Part shown: piece after piece, positions 1 through 13,000 of the stretch
Layout of the letters: each line of letters opens with the position of its first letter
Position numbering within the stretch: position 1 is the stretch's first letter
Assembly (NCBI RefSeq): GCF_009914755.1
Contig: NC_060938.1
Source of the DNA: the human T2T-CHM13v2.0 reference genome, Homo sapiens
Length of the DNA stretch: 64,000 nucleotides
Strand: one strand, 5' to 3'
Notes under the pieces: model-generated
The model's input: only the letters and a program-made list of their open reading frames with translations
The model's database searches: none
Told to the model about the DNA's origin: nothing
Program-made: the position numbers and the translations under genes

Positions 1-125
1 AGATACTACAAAAAGAGTGTTTCAAACCTACTCTGTGAAAGGGAATATTCAACTCTGTGACTTGAATGCACATATCACAAGGAAGTTTCTGAGAATGCTT
101 CTGTCGAGATTTTATATGAAGATAT

Positions 126-142
126 TCCCGTTTCCAACGAAA
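126..142 (-). promoter_or_regulatory. CENP-B box 1 of the HOR (repeated at the same offset in every unit; mutated in U35 and U40)
   Basis: Plus strand TCCCGTTTCCAACGAAA = minus strand TTTCGTTGGAAACGGGA, which matches the nTTCGnnnnAnnCGGGn core. Confidence 0.96.
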
Positions 143-467
143 TCCTGAAATCTATCCAAATATCCCCTCGCAGATTCTACAAAAAGAGTGTTTCAAAACT
201 GCTCTTTAAAAAGAAAGGTTCAACTCTGTTAGTTGAGTACACACATCACAAACAAGTTTCACAGAATGCTTCTTTCTAGCTTGTAGGGGAAGATATTCCC
301 TTTATCACCATGGGCCTCAAACCGTCCGATAAGTCCACTTCCATATACTACAAAAAGAGCGTTTCAAACCTGCTCTATGAAAGGCAACGTTCAACTCTGT
401 GACTTGAATGCAGACATCACAGAGCAGTTTCTGAGAATGCTTCTGTCTAGATTTTATAGGAAGATAT

Positions 468-484
468 TCCCGTTTCCAACGAAA
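468..484 (-). promoter_or_regulatory. CENP-B box 2 of the HOR
   Basis: TCCCGTTTCCAACGAAA, 342 bp after box 1. Confidence 0.96.
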
Positions 485-809
485 TCTTCACAGCTATCCA
501 AATATCCACTTGCAGATTCTACAAAAAGAGTGTATCAAAACTGCTCTGTCAAAAGGAAGGTTCTTCTCTGTTAGGTGAGTGCATACGTCATAAAGGAGTT
601 TCTGAGAATGTTTCTGTCTAGTGGTTATGGGAAGATATTTGCTTTTTCCCCGTAGGCCTCAGGGCGCTCCAAATGTCCACTTGCACATGCTACAAAAAGA
701 GTGCTTCAAAGCTGCTCTCTGAAAGGGAATGTTCAACTCTATGAGTTGAATGCAAACATCACAAAGACGTTTCTGAGAATGCTTCTGTCTAGATTTGATA
801 TGAAGATAT

Positions 810-826
810 TCCCGTTTCCAACGAAA
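810..826 (-). promoter_or_regulatory. CENP-B box 3 of the HOR
   Basis: TCCCGTTTCCAACGAAA, 342 bp after box 2. Confidence 0.96.
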
Positions 827-1143
827 TCTTCAAATCTATCCAAATGTCCACTTGCAGATTCAACAAAAAGTGTTTTTCAGAACTGCTCTATCAAAAGAAA
901 GATCCACCTCTGTTAGCTGAGTTCAGACATCACAAACAAGTTTATGAGAATGCTTCTGTCTAGTTTTTATTTGAAGATATTTCCTTTCTCACCATAGACC
1001 TGAAAGCTGTCCTAATGTTCACTTCCAGTTACTACAGAGTGTTTCAAAACTGCTGTACGAAAGGGAATGTTCAACTCTGTGACTTGAATGCACACATCAC
1101 AAAGAAGTTTCTGAGGATGCTGCTGTCTACTTTTTATACTTAA

Positions 1144-1160
1144 TCCCGTTTCCAACGAAA
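1144..1160 (-). promoter_or_regulatory. CENP-B box 4 of the HOR
   Basis: TCCCGTTTCCAACGAAA, 334 bp after box 3 in 1360-bp units (338 bp in 1364-bp units). The next box, at 1486, is 342 bp further. Confidence 0.96.
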
Positions 1161-1314
1161 TCCTCCAAGCTATCCAAATATCCACTTGCAGATTCCACAG
1201 AAAGACTGTTTCAAAACTGCTCTGTCAATAGAAAGGTTCAACTCTGTTAGCTGCGTGCATATATCCCAAAGAAGATTCTGAGATTGCTTCTGTCTAGTTT
1301 TTATGGGAAGATAT

Positions 1315-1331
1315 TTCCCTTTTCACCGTAG
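1315..1331 (+). promoter_or_regulatory. pJalpha/A-box-like motif of A-type monomer (more degenerate versions near 297, 640 and 981)
   Basis: TTCCCTTTTCACCGTAG is one mismatch from the pJalpha motif TTCCTTTTYCACCRTAG. It lies at the position homologous to the CENP-B box, 171 bp from the adjacent boxes. Confidence 0.75.
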
Positions 1332-2720
1332 GCGTCAAGGCGCTCCAAATGTCCACTTCCAGATACTACAAAAAGAGTGTTTCAAACCTACTCTGTGAAA
1401 GGGAATATTCAACTCTGTGACTTGAATGCACATATCACAAGGAAGTTTCTGAGAATGCTTCTGTCGAGATTTTATATGAAGATATTCCCGTTTCCAACGA
1501 AATCCTGAAATCTATCCAAATATCCCCTCGCAGATTCTACAAAAAGAGTGTTTCAAAACTGCTCTGTAAAAAGAAAGGTTCAACTCTGTTAGTTGAGTAC
1601 ACACATCACAAACAAGTTTCACAGAATGCTTCTTTCTAGCTTGTAGGGGAAGATATTCCCTTTATCACCATGGGCCTCAAACCGTCCGATAAGTCCACTT
1701 CCATATACTACAAAAAGAGCGTTTCAAACCTGCTCTATGAAAGGCAATGTTCAACTCTGTGACTTGAATGCAGACATCACAGAGCAGTTTCTGAGAATGC
1801 TTCTGTCTAGATTTTATAGGAAGATATTCCCGTTTCCAACGAAATCTTCACAGCTATCCAAATATCCACTTGCAGATTCTACAAAAAGAGTGTATCAAAA
1901 CTGCTCTGTCAAAAGGAAGGTTCTTCTCTGTTAGGTGAGTGCATACGTCATAAAGGAGTTTCTGAGAATGTTTCTGTCTAGTGGTTATGGGAAGATATTT
2001 GCTTTTTCCCCGTAGGCCTCAGGGCGCTCCAAATGTCCACTTGCACATGCTACAAAAAGAGTGCTTCAAAGCTGCTCTCTGAAAGGGAATGTTCAACTCT
2101 ATGAGTTGAATGCAAACATCGCAAAGACGTTTCTGAGAATGCTTCTGTCTAGATTTGATATGAAGATATTCCCGTTTCCAACGAAATCTTCAAATCTATC
2201 CAAATGTCCACTTGCAGATTCAACAAAAAGTGTTTTTCAGAACTGCTCTATCAAAAGAAAGATCCACCTCTGTTAGCTGAGTTCAGACATCACAAACAAG
2301 TTTATGAGAATGCTTCTGTCTAGTTTTTATTTGAAGATATTTCCTTTCTCACCATAGACCTGAAAGCTGTCCTAATGTTCACTTCCAGTTACTACAGAGT
2401 GTTTCAAAACTGCTGTACGAAAGGGAATGTTCAACTCTGTGACTTGAATGCACACATCACAAAGAAGTTTCTGAGGATGCTGCTGTCTACTTTTTATACT
2501 TAATCCCGTTTCCAACGAAATCCTCCAAGCTATCCAAATATCCACTTGCAGATTCCACAGAAAGACTGTTTCAAAACTGCTCTGTCAATAGAAAGGTTCA
2601 ACTCTGTTAGCTGCGTGCATATATCCCAAAGAAGATTCTGAGATTGCTTCTGTCTAGTTTTTATGGGAAGATATTTCCCTTTTCACCGTAGGCGTCAAGG
2701 CGCTCCAAATGTCCACTTCC

Positions 2721-4084
2721 AGATACTACAAAAAGAGTGTTTCAAACCTACTCTGTGAAAGGGAATATTCAACTCTGTGACTTGAATGCACATATCACAA
2801 GGAAGTTTCTGAGAATGCTTCTGTCGAGATTTTATATGAAGATATTCCCGTTTCCAACGAAATCCTGAAATCTATCCAAATATCCCCTCGCAGATTCTAC
2901 AAAAAGAGTGTTTCAAAACTGCTCTGTAAAAAGAAAGGTTCAACTCTGTTAGTTGAGTACACACATCACAAACAAGTTTCACAGAATGCTTCTTTCTAGC
3001 TTGTAGGGGAAGATATTCCCTTTATCACCATGGGCCTCAAACCGTCCGATAAGTCCACTTCCATATACTACAAAAAGAGCGTTTCAAACCTGCTCTATGA
3101 AAGGCAATGTTCAACTCTGTGACTTGAATGCAGACATCACAGAGCAGTTTCTGAGAATGCTTCTGTCTAGATTTTATAGGAAGATATTCCCGTTTCCAAC
3201 GAAATCTTCACAGCTATCCAAATATCCACTTGCAGATTCTACAAAAAGAGTGTATCAAAACTGCTCTGTCAAAAGGAAGGTTCTTCTCTGTTAGGTGAGT
3301 GCATACGTCATAAAGGAGTTTCTGAGAATGTTTCTGTCTAGTGGTTATGGGAAGATATTTGCTTTTTCCCCGTAGGCCTCAGGGCGCTCCAAATGTCCAC
3401 TTGCACATGCTACAAAAAGAGTGCTTCAAAGCTGCTCTCTGAAAGGGAATGTTCAACTCTATGAGTTGAATGCAAACATCGCAAAGACGTTTCTGAGAAT
3501 GCTTCTGTCTAGATTTGATATGAAGATATTCCCGTTTCCAACGAAATCTTCAAATCTATCCAAATGTCCACTTGCAGATTCAACAAAAAGTGTTTTTCAG
3601 AACTGCTCTATCAAAAGAAAGATCCACCTCTGTTAGCTGAGTTCAGACATCACAAACAAGTTTATGAGAATGCTTCTGTCTAGTTTTTATTTGAAGATAT
3701 TTCCTTTCTCACCATAGACCTGAAAGCTGTCCTAATGTTCACTTCCAGTTACTACAGAAAGAGTATTTCAAAACTGCTGTACGAAAGGGAATGTTCAACT
3801 CTGTGACTTGAATGCACACATCACAAAGAAGTTTCTGAGGATGCTGCTGTCTACTTTTTATACTTAATCCCGTTTCCAACGAAATCCTCCAAGCTATCCA
3901 AATATCCACTTGCAGATTCCACAGAAAGACTGTTTCAAAACTGCTCTGTCAATAGAAAGGTTCAACTCTGTTAGCTGCGTGCATATATCCCAAAGCAGAT
4001 TCTGAGATTGCTTCTGTCTAGTTTTTATGGGAAGATATTTCCCTTTTCACCGTAGGCGTCAAGGCGCTCCAAATGTCCACTTCC
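2721..4084 (-). repeat. Representative HOR unit U3, full-length 1364-bp variant
   Basis: The unit start motif occurs at 2721 and 4085. It contains ACTACAGAAAGAGTATTTC at 3751-3769. Confidence 0.95.
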
Positions 4085-7000
4085 AGATACTACAAAAAGA
4101 GTGTTTCAAACCTACTCTGTGAAAGGGAATATTCAACTCTGTGACTTGAATGCACATATCACAAGGAAGTTTCTGAGAATGCTTCTGTCGAGATTTTATA
4201 TGAAGATATTCCCGTTTCCAACGAAATCCTGAAATCTATCCAAATATCCCCTCGCAGATTCTACAAAAAGAGTGTTTCAAAACTGCTCTTTAAAAAGAAA
4301 GGTTCAACTCTGTTAGTTGAGTACACACATCACAAACAAGTTTCACAGAATGCTTCTTTCTAGCTTGTAGGGGAAGATATTCCCTTTATCACCATGGGCC
4401 TCAAACCGTCCGATAAGTCCACTTCCATATACTACAAAAAGAGCGTTTCAAACCTGCTCTATGAAAGGCAACGTTCAACTCTGTGACTTGAATGCAGACA
4501 TCACAGAGCAGTTTCTGAGAATGCTTCTGTCTAGATTTTATAGGAAGATATTCCCGTTTCCAACGAAATCTTCACAGCTATCCAAATATCCACTTGCAGA
4601 TTCTACAAAAAGAGTGTATCAAAACTGCTCTGTCAAAAGGAAGGTTCTTCTCTGTTAGGTGAGTGCATACGTCATAAAGGAGTTTCTGAGAATGTTTCTG
4701 TCTAGTGGTTATGGGAAGATATTTGCTTTTTCCCCGTAGGCCTCAGAGCGCTCCAAATATCCACTTGCACATACTACAAAAAGAGTGCCTCAAAGCTGCT
4801 CTCTGAAACGGAATGTTCAACTCTATGAGTTGAATGCAAACATCGCAAAGACGTTTCTGAGAATGCTTCTGTCTAGATTTGATATGAAGATATTCCCGTT
4901 TCCAACGAAATCTTCAAATCTATCCAAATGTCCACTTGCAGATTCAACAAAAAGTGTTTTTCAGAACTGCTCTATCAAAAGAAAGATCCACCTCTGTTAG
5001 CTGAGTTCACACATCACAAACAAGTTTATGAGAATGCTTCTGTCTAGTTTTTATTTGAAGATATTTCCTTTCTCACCATAGAGCTGAAAGCTGTCCTAAT
5101 GTTCACTTCCAGATACTACAGAAAGAGTGTTTCAAAACTGCTGTACGAAAGGGAATGTTCAACTCTGTGACTTGAATGCACACATCACAAAGAAGTTTCT
5201 GAGGATGCTGCTGTCTACTTTTTATACGTAATCCCGTTTCCAACGAAATCCTCCAAGCTATCCAAATATCCACTTGCAGATTCCACAGAAAGACTGTTTC
5301 AAAACTGCTCTGTCAATAGAAAGGTTCAACTCTGTTAGCTGCGTGCATATATCCCAAAGAAGATTCTGAGATTGCTTCTGTCTAGTTTTTATGGGAAGAT
5401 ATTTCCCTTTTCACCGTAGGTGTCAAGGCGCTCCAAATGTCCACTTCCAGATACTACAAAAAGAGTGTTTCAAACCTACTCTGTGAAAGGGAATATTCAA
5501 CTCTGTGACTTGAATGCACATATCACAAAGAAGTTTCTGAGAATGCTTCTGTCGAGATTTTATATGAAGATATTCCCGTTTCCAACGAAATGCTGAAATC
5601 TATCCAAATATCCCCTCGCAGATTCTACAAAAAGAGTGTTTCAAAACTGCTCTGTGAAAAGAAAGGTTCAATTCTGTTAGTTGAGTACACACATCACAAA
5701 CAAGTTTCACAGAATGCTTCTTTCTAGCTTGTAGGGGAAGATATTCCCTTTATCACCATGGGCCTCAAACCGTCCGAAAAGTCCACTTCCATATACTACA
5801 AAAAGAGCGTTTCAAACCTGCTCTATGAAAGGCAATGTTCAACTCTGTGACTTGAATGCAGACATCACAGAGCAGTTTCTGAGAATGCTTCTGTCTAGAT
5901 TTTATAGGAAGATATTCCCGTTTCCAACGAAATCTTCACAGCTATCCAAATATCCACTTGCAGATTCTACAAAAAGAGTGTATCAAAACTGCTCTGTCAA
6001 AAGGAAGGTTCTTCTCTGTTAGGTGAGTGCATACGTCATAAAGGAGTTTCTGAGAATGTTTCTGTCTAGTGGTTATGGGAAGATATTTGCTTTTTCCCCG
6101 TAGGCCTCAGGGCGCTCCAAATGTCCACTTGCACATGCTACAAAAAGAGTGCTTCAAAGCTGCTCTCTGAAAGGGAATGTTCAACTCTATGAGTTGAATG
6201 CAAACATCGCAAAGACGTTTCTGAGAATGCTTCTGTCTAGATTTGATATGAAGATATTCCCGTTTCCAACGAAATCTTCAAATCTATCCAAATGTCCACT
6301 TGCAGATTCAACAAAAAGTGTTTTTCAGAACTGCTCTATCAAAAGAAAGATCCACCTCTGTTAGCTGAGTTCAGACATCACAAACAAGTTTATGAGAATG
6401 CTTCTGTCTAGTTTTTATTTGAAGATATTTCCTTTCTCACCATAGACCTGAAAGCTGTCCTAATGTTCACTTCCAGTTACTACAGAAAGAGTATTTCAAA
6501 ACTGCTGTACGAAAGGGAATGTTCAACTCTGTGACTTGAATGCACACATCACAAAGAAGTTTCTGAGGATGCTGCTGTCTACTTTTTATACTTAATCCCG
6601 TTTCCAACGAAATCCTCCAAGCTATCCAAATATCCACTTGCAGATTCCACAGAAAGACTGTTTCAAAACTGCTCTGTCAATAGAAAGGTTCAACTCTGTT
6701 AGCTGCGTGCATATATCCCAAAGCAGATTCTGAGATTGCTTCTGTCTAGTTTTTATGGGAAGATATTTCCCTTTTCACCGTAGGCGTCAAGGCGCTCCAA
6801 ATGTCCACTTCCAGATACTACAAAAAGAGTGTTTCAAACCTACTCTGTGAAAGGGAATATTCAACTCTGTGACTTGAATGCACATATCACAAGGAAGTTT
6901 CTGAGAATGCTTCTGTCGAGATTTTATATGAAGATATTCCCGTTTCCAACGAAATCCTGAAATCTATCCAAATATCCCCTCGCAGATTCTACAAAAAGAG

Positions 7001-10000
7001 TGTTTCAAAACTGCTCTTTAAAAAGAAAGGTTCAACTCTGTTAGTTGAGTACACACATCACAAACAAGTTTCACAGAATGCTTCTTTCTAGCTTGTAGGG
7101 GAAGATATTCCCTTTATCACCATGGGCCTCAAACCGTCCGATAAGTCCACTTCCATATACTACAAAAAGAGCGTTTCAAACCTGCTCTATGAAAGGCAAC
7201 GTTCAACTCTGTGACTTGAATGCAGACATCACAGAGCAGTTTCTGAGAATGCTTCTGTCTAGATTTTATAGGAAGATATTCCCGTTTCCAACGAAATCTT
7301 CACAGCTATCCAAATATCCACTTGCAGATTCTACAAAAAGAGTGTATCAAAACTGCTCTGTCAAAAGGAAGGTTCTTCTCTGTTAGGTGAGTGCATACGT
7401 CATAAAGGAGTTTCTGAGAATGTTTCTGTCTAGTGGTTATGGGAAGATATTTGCTTTTTCCCCGTAGGCCTCAGGGCGCTCCAAATGTCCACTTGCACAT
7501 GCTACAAAAAGAGTGCTTCAAAGCTGCTCTCTGAAAGGGAATGTTCAACTCTATGAGTTGAATGCAAACATCACAAAGACGTTTCTGAGAATGCTTCTGT
7601 CTAGATTTGATATGAAGATATTCCCGTTTCCAACGAAATCTTCAAATCTATCCAAATGTCCACTTGCAGATTCAACAAAAAGTGTTTTTCAGAACTGCTC
7701 TATCAAAAGAAAGATCCACCTCTGTTAGCTGAGTTCAGACATCACAAACAAGTTTATGAGAATGCTTCTGTCTAGTTTTTATTTGAAGATATTTCCTTTC
7801 TCACCATAGACCTGAAAGCTGTCCTAATGTTCACTTCCAGTTACTACAGAAAGAGTGTTTCAAAACTGCTGTACGAAAGGGAATGTTCAACTCTGTGACT
7901 TGAATGCACACATCACAAAGAAGTTTCTGAGGATGCTGCTGTCTACTTTTTATACTTAATCCCGTTTCCAACGAAATCCTCCAAGCTATCCAAATATCCA
8001 CTTGCAGATTCCACAGAAAGACTGTTTCAAAACTGCTCTGTCAATAGAAAGGTTCAACTCTGTTAGCTGCGTGCATATATCCCAAAGAAGATTCTGAGAT
8101 TGCTTCTGTCTAGTTTTTATGGGAAGATATTTCCCTTTTCACCGTAGGCGTCAAGGCGCTCCAAATGTCCACTTCCAGATACTACAAAAAGAGTGTTTCA
8201 AACCTACTCTGTGAAAGGGAATATTCAACTCTGTGACTTGAATGCACATATCACAAGGAAGTTTCTGAGAATGCTTCTGTCGAGATTTTATATGAAGATA
8301 TTCCCGTTTCCAACGAAATCCTGAAATCTATCCAAATATCCCCTCGCAGATTCTACAAAAAGAGTGTTTCAAAACTGCTCTGTAAAAAGAAAGGTTCAAC
8401 TCTGTTAGTTGACTACACACATCACAAACAAGTTTCACAGAATGCTTCTTTCTAGCTTGTAGGGGAAGATATTCCCTTTATCACCATGGGCCTCAAACCG
8501 TCCGATAAGTCCACTTCCATATACTACAAAAAGAGCGTTTCAAACCTGCTCTATGAAAGGCAATGTTCAACTCTGTGACTTGAATGCAGACATCACAGAG
8601 CAGTTTCTGAGAATGCTTCTGTCTAGATTTTATAGGAAGATATTCCCGTTTCCAACGAAATCTTCACAGCTATCCAAATATCCACTTGCAGATTCTACAA
8701 AAAGAGTGTATCAAAACTGCTCTGTCAAAAGGAAGGTTCTTTTCTGTTAGGTGAGTGCATACGTCATAAAGGAGTTTCTGAGAATGTTTCTGTCTAGTGG
8801 TTATGGGAAGATATTTGCTTTTTCCCCGTAGGCCTCAGAGCGCTCCAAATATCCACTTGCACATGCTACAAAAAGAGTGCCTCAAAGCTGCTCTCTGAAA
8901 CGGAATGTGCAACTCTATGAGTTGAATGCAAACATCGCAAAGACGTTTCTGAGAATGCTTCTGTCTAGATTTGATATGAAGATATTCCCGTTTCCAACGA
9001 AATCTTCAAATCTATCCAAATGTCCACTTGCAGATTCAACAAAAAGTGTTTTTCAGAACTGCTCTATCAAAAGAAAGATCCACCTCTGTTAGCTGAGTTC
9101 AGACATCACAAACAAGTTTATGAGAATGCTTCTGTCTAGTTTTTATTTGAAGATATTTCCTTTCTCACCATAGACCTGAAAGCTTTCCTAATGTTCACTT
9201 CCAGTTACTACAGAAAGAGTATTTCAAAACTGCTGTACGAAAGGGATTGTTCAACTCTGTGACTTGAATGCACACATCACAAAGAAGTTTCTGAGGATGC
9301 TGCTGTCTACTTTTTATACTTAATCCCGTTTCCAACGAAATCCTCCAAGCTATCCAAATATCCACTTGCAGATTCCACAGAAAGACTGTTTCAAAACTGC
9401 TCTGTCAATAGAAAGGTTCAACTCTGTTAGCTGCGTGCATATATCCCAAAGCAGATTCTGAGATTGCTTCTGTCTAGTTTTTATGGGAAGATATTTCCCT
9501 TTTCACCGTAGGCGTCAAGGCGCTCCAAATGTCCACTTCCAGATACTACAAAAAGAGTGTTTCAAACCTACTCTGTGAAAGGGAATATTCAACTCTGTGA
9601 CTTGAATGCACATATCACAAGGAAGTTTCTGAGAATGCTTCTGTCGAGATTTTATATGAAGATATTCCCGTTTCCAACGAAATCCTGAAATCTATCCAAA
9701 TATCCCCTCGCAGATTCCACAAAAAGAGTGTTTCAAAACTGCTCTTTAAAAAGAAAGGTTCAACTCTGTTAGTTGAGTACACACATCACAAACAAGTTTC
9801 ACAGAATGCTTCTTTCTAGCTTGTAGGGGAAGATATTCCCTTTATCACCATGGGCCTCAAACCGTCCGATAAGTCCACTTCCATATACTACAAAAAGAGC
9901 GTTTCAAACCTGCTCTATGAAAGGCAACGTTCAACTCTGTGACTTGAATGCAGACATCACAGAGCAGTTTCTGAGAATGCTTCTGTCTAGATTTTATAGG

Positions 10001-13000
10001 AAGATATTCCCGTTTCCAACGAAATCTTCACAGCTATCCAAATATCCACTTGCAGATTCTACAAAAAGAGTGTATCAAAACTGCTCTGTCAAAAGGAAGG
10101 TTCTTCTCTGTTAGGTGAGTGCATACGTCATAAAGGAGTTTCTGAGAATGTTTCTGTCTAGTGGTTATGGGAAGATATTTGCTTTTTCCCCGTAGGCCTC
10201 AGGGCGCTCCAAATGTCCACTTGCACATGCTACAAAAAGAGTGCTTCAAAGCTGCTCTCTGAAAGGGAATGTTCAACTCTATGAGTTGAATGCAAACATC
10301 ACAAAGACGTTTCTGAGAATGCTTCTGTCTAGATTTGATATGAAGATATTCCCGTTTCCAACGAAATCTTCAAATCTATCCAAATGTCCACTTGCAGATT
10401 CAACAAAAAGTGTTTTTCAGAACTGCTCTATCAAAAGAAAGATCCACCTCTGTTAGCTGAGTTCAGACATCACAAACAAGTTTATGAGAATGCTTCTGTC
10501 TAGTTTTTATTTGAAGATATTTCCTTTCTCACCATAGACCTGAAAGCTGTCCTAATGTTCACTTCCAGTTACTACAGAGTGTTTCAAAACTGCTGTACGA
10601 AAGGGAATGTTCAACTCTGTGACTTGAATGCACACATCACAAAGAAGTTTCTGAGGATGCTGCTGTCTACTTTTTATACTTAATCCCGTTTCCAACGAAA
10701 TCCTCCAAGCTATCCAAATATCCACTTGCAGATTCCACAGAAAGACTGTTTCAAAACTGCTCTGTCAATAGAAAGGTTCAACTCTGTTAGCTGCGTGCAT
10801 ATATCCCAAAGAAGATTCTGAGATTGCTTCTGTCTAGTTTTTATGGGAAGATATTTCCCTTTTCACCGTAGGCGTCAAGGCGCTCCAAATGTCCACTTCC
10901 AGATACTACAAAAAGAGTGTTTCAAACCTACTCTGTGAAAGGGAATATTCAACTCTGTGACTTGAATGCACATATCACAAGGAAGTTTCTGAGAATGCTT
11001 CTGTCGAGATTTTATATGAAGATATTCCCGTTTCCAACGAAATCCTGAAATCTATCCAAATATCCCCTCGCAGATTCTACAAAAAGAGTGTTTCAAAACT
11101 GCTCTGTAAAAAGAAAGGTTCAACTCTGTTAGTTGAGTACACACATCACAAACAAGTTTCACAGAATGCTTCTTTCTAGCTTGTAGGGGAAGATATTCCC
11201 TTTATCACCATGGGCCTCAAACCGTCCGATAAGTCCACTTCCATATACTACAAAAAGAGCGTTTCAAACCTGCTCTATGAAAGGCAATGTTCAACTCTGT
11301 GACTTGAATGCAGACATCACAGAGCAGTTTCTGAGAATGCTTCTGTCTAGATTTTATAGGAAGATATTCCCGTTTCCAACGAAATCTTCACAGCTATCCA
11401 AATATCCACTTGCAGATTCTACAAAAAGAGTGTATCAAAACTGCTCTGTCAAAAGGAAGGTTCTTTTCTGTTAGGTGAGTGCATACGTCATAAAGGAGTT
11501 TCTGAGAATGTTTCTGTCTAGTGGTTATGGGAAGATATTTGCTTTTTCACCGTAGGCCTCAGAGCGCTCCAAATATCCCCTTGCACATACTACAAAAAGA
11601 GTGCCTCAAAGCTGCTCTCTGAAACGGAATGTTCAACTCTATGAGTTGAATGCAAACATCGCAAAGACGTTTCTGAGAATGCTTCTGTCTAGATTTGATA
11701 TGAAGATATTCCCGTTTCCAACGAAATCTTCAAATCTATCCAAATGTCCACTTGCAGATTCAACAAAAAGTGTTTTTCAGAACTGCTCTATCAAAAGAAA
11801 GATCCACCTCTGTTAGCTGAGTTCACACATCACAAACAAGTTTATGAGAATGCTTCTGTCTAGTTTTTATTTGAAGATATTTCCTTTCTCACCATAGAGC
11901 TGAAAGCTGTCCTAATGTTCACTTCCAGATACTACAGAAAGAGTGTTTCAAAACTGCTGTACGAAAGGGAATGTTCAACTCTGTGACTTGAATGCACACA
12001 TCACAAAGAAGTTTCTGAGGATGCTGCTGTCTACTTTTTATACGTAATCCCGTTTCCAACGAAATCCTCCAAGCTATCCAAATATCCACTTGCAGATTCC
12101 ACAGAAAGACTGTTTCAAAACTGCTCTGTCAATAGAAAGGTTCAACTCTGTTAGCTGCGTGCATATATCCCAAAGAAGATTCTGAGATTGCTTCTGTCTA
12201 GTTTTTATGGGAAGATATTTCCCTTTTCACCGTAGGCGTCAAGGCGCTCCAAATGTCCACTTCCAGATACTACAAAAAGAGTGTTTCAAACCTACTCTGT
12301 GAAAGGGAATATTCAACTCTGTGACTTGAATGCACATATCACAAAGAAGTTTCTGAGAATGCTTCTGTCGAGATTTTATATGAAGATATTCCCGTTTCCA
12401 ACGAAATGCTGAAATCTATCCAAATATCCCCTCGCAGATTCTACAAAAAGAGTGTTTCAAAACTGCTCTGTGAAAAGAAAGGTTCAACTCTGTTAGTTGA
12501 GTACACACATCACAAACAAGTTTCACAGAATGCTTCTTTCTAGCTTGTAGGGGAAGATATTCCCTTTATCACCATGGGCCTCAAACCGTCCGAAAAGTCC
12601 ACTTCCATATACTACAAAAAGAGCGTTTCAAACCTGCTCTATGAAAGGCAATGTTCAACTCTGTGACTTGAATGCAGACATCACAGAGCAGTTTCTGAGA
12701 ATGCTTCTGTCTAGATTTTATAGGAAGATATTCCCGTTTCCAACGAAATCTTCACAGCTATCCAAATATCCACTTGCAGATTCTACAAAAAGAGTGTATC
12801 AAAACTGCTCTGTCAAAAGGAAGGTTCTTCTCTGTTAGGTGAGTGCATACGTCATAAAGGAGTTTCTGAGAATGTTTCTGTCTAGTGGTTATGGGAAGAT
12901 ATTTGCTTTTTCCCCGTAGGCCTCAGGGCGCTCCAAATGTCCACTTGCACATGCTACAAAAAGAGTGCTTCAAAGCTGCTCTCTGAAAGGGAATGTTCAA

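Larger units (their letters stand above)
1..1360 (-). repeat. Representative HOR unit U1, 1360-bp (4-bp deletion) variant, 8 monomers
   Basis: AGATACTACAAAAAGAGTGTTTCAAACCTACTCTG at 1 recurs at 1361. The unit contains ACTACAGAGTGTTTC at 1031-1045 in place of ACTACAGAAAGAGTGTTTC. Confidence 0.95.

Noticed and set aside
571-582. Splice-like TTAG|GTGAGT motif in each HOR
   Set aside because: A short motif match within a diverged monomer, with no exon structure or transcript evidence available.
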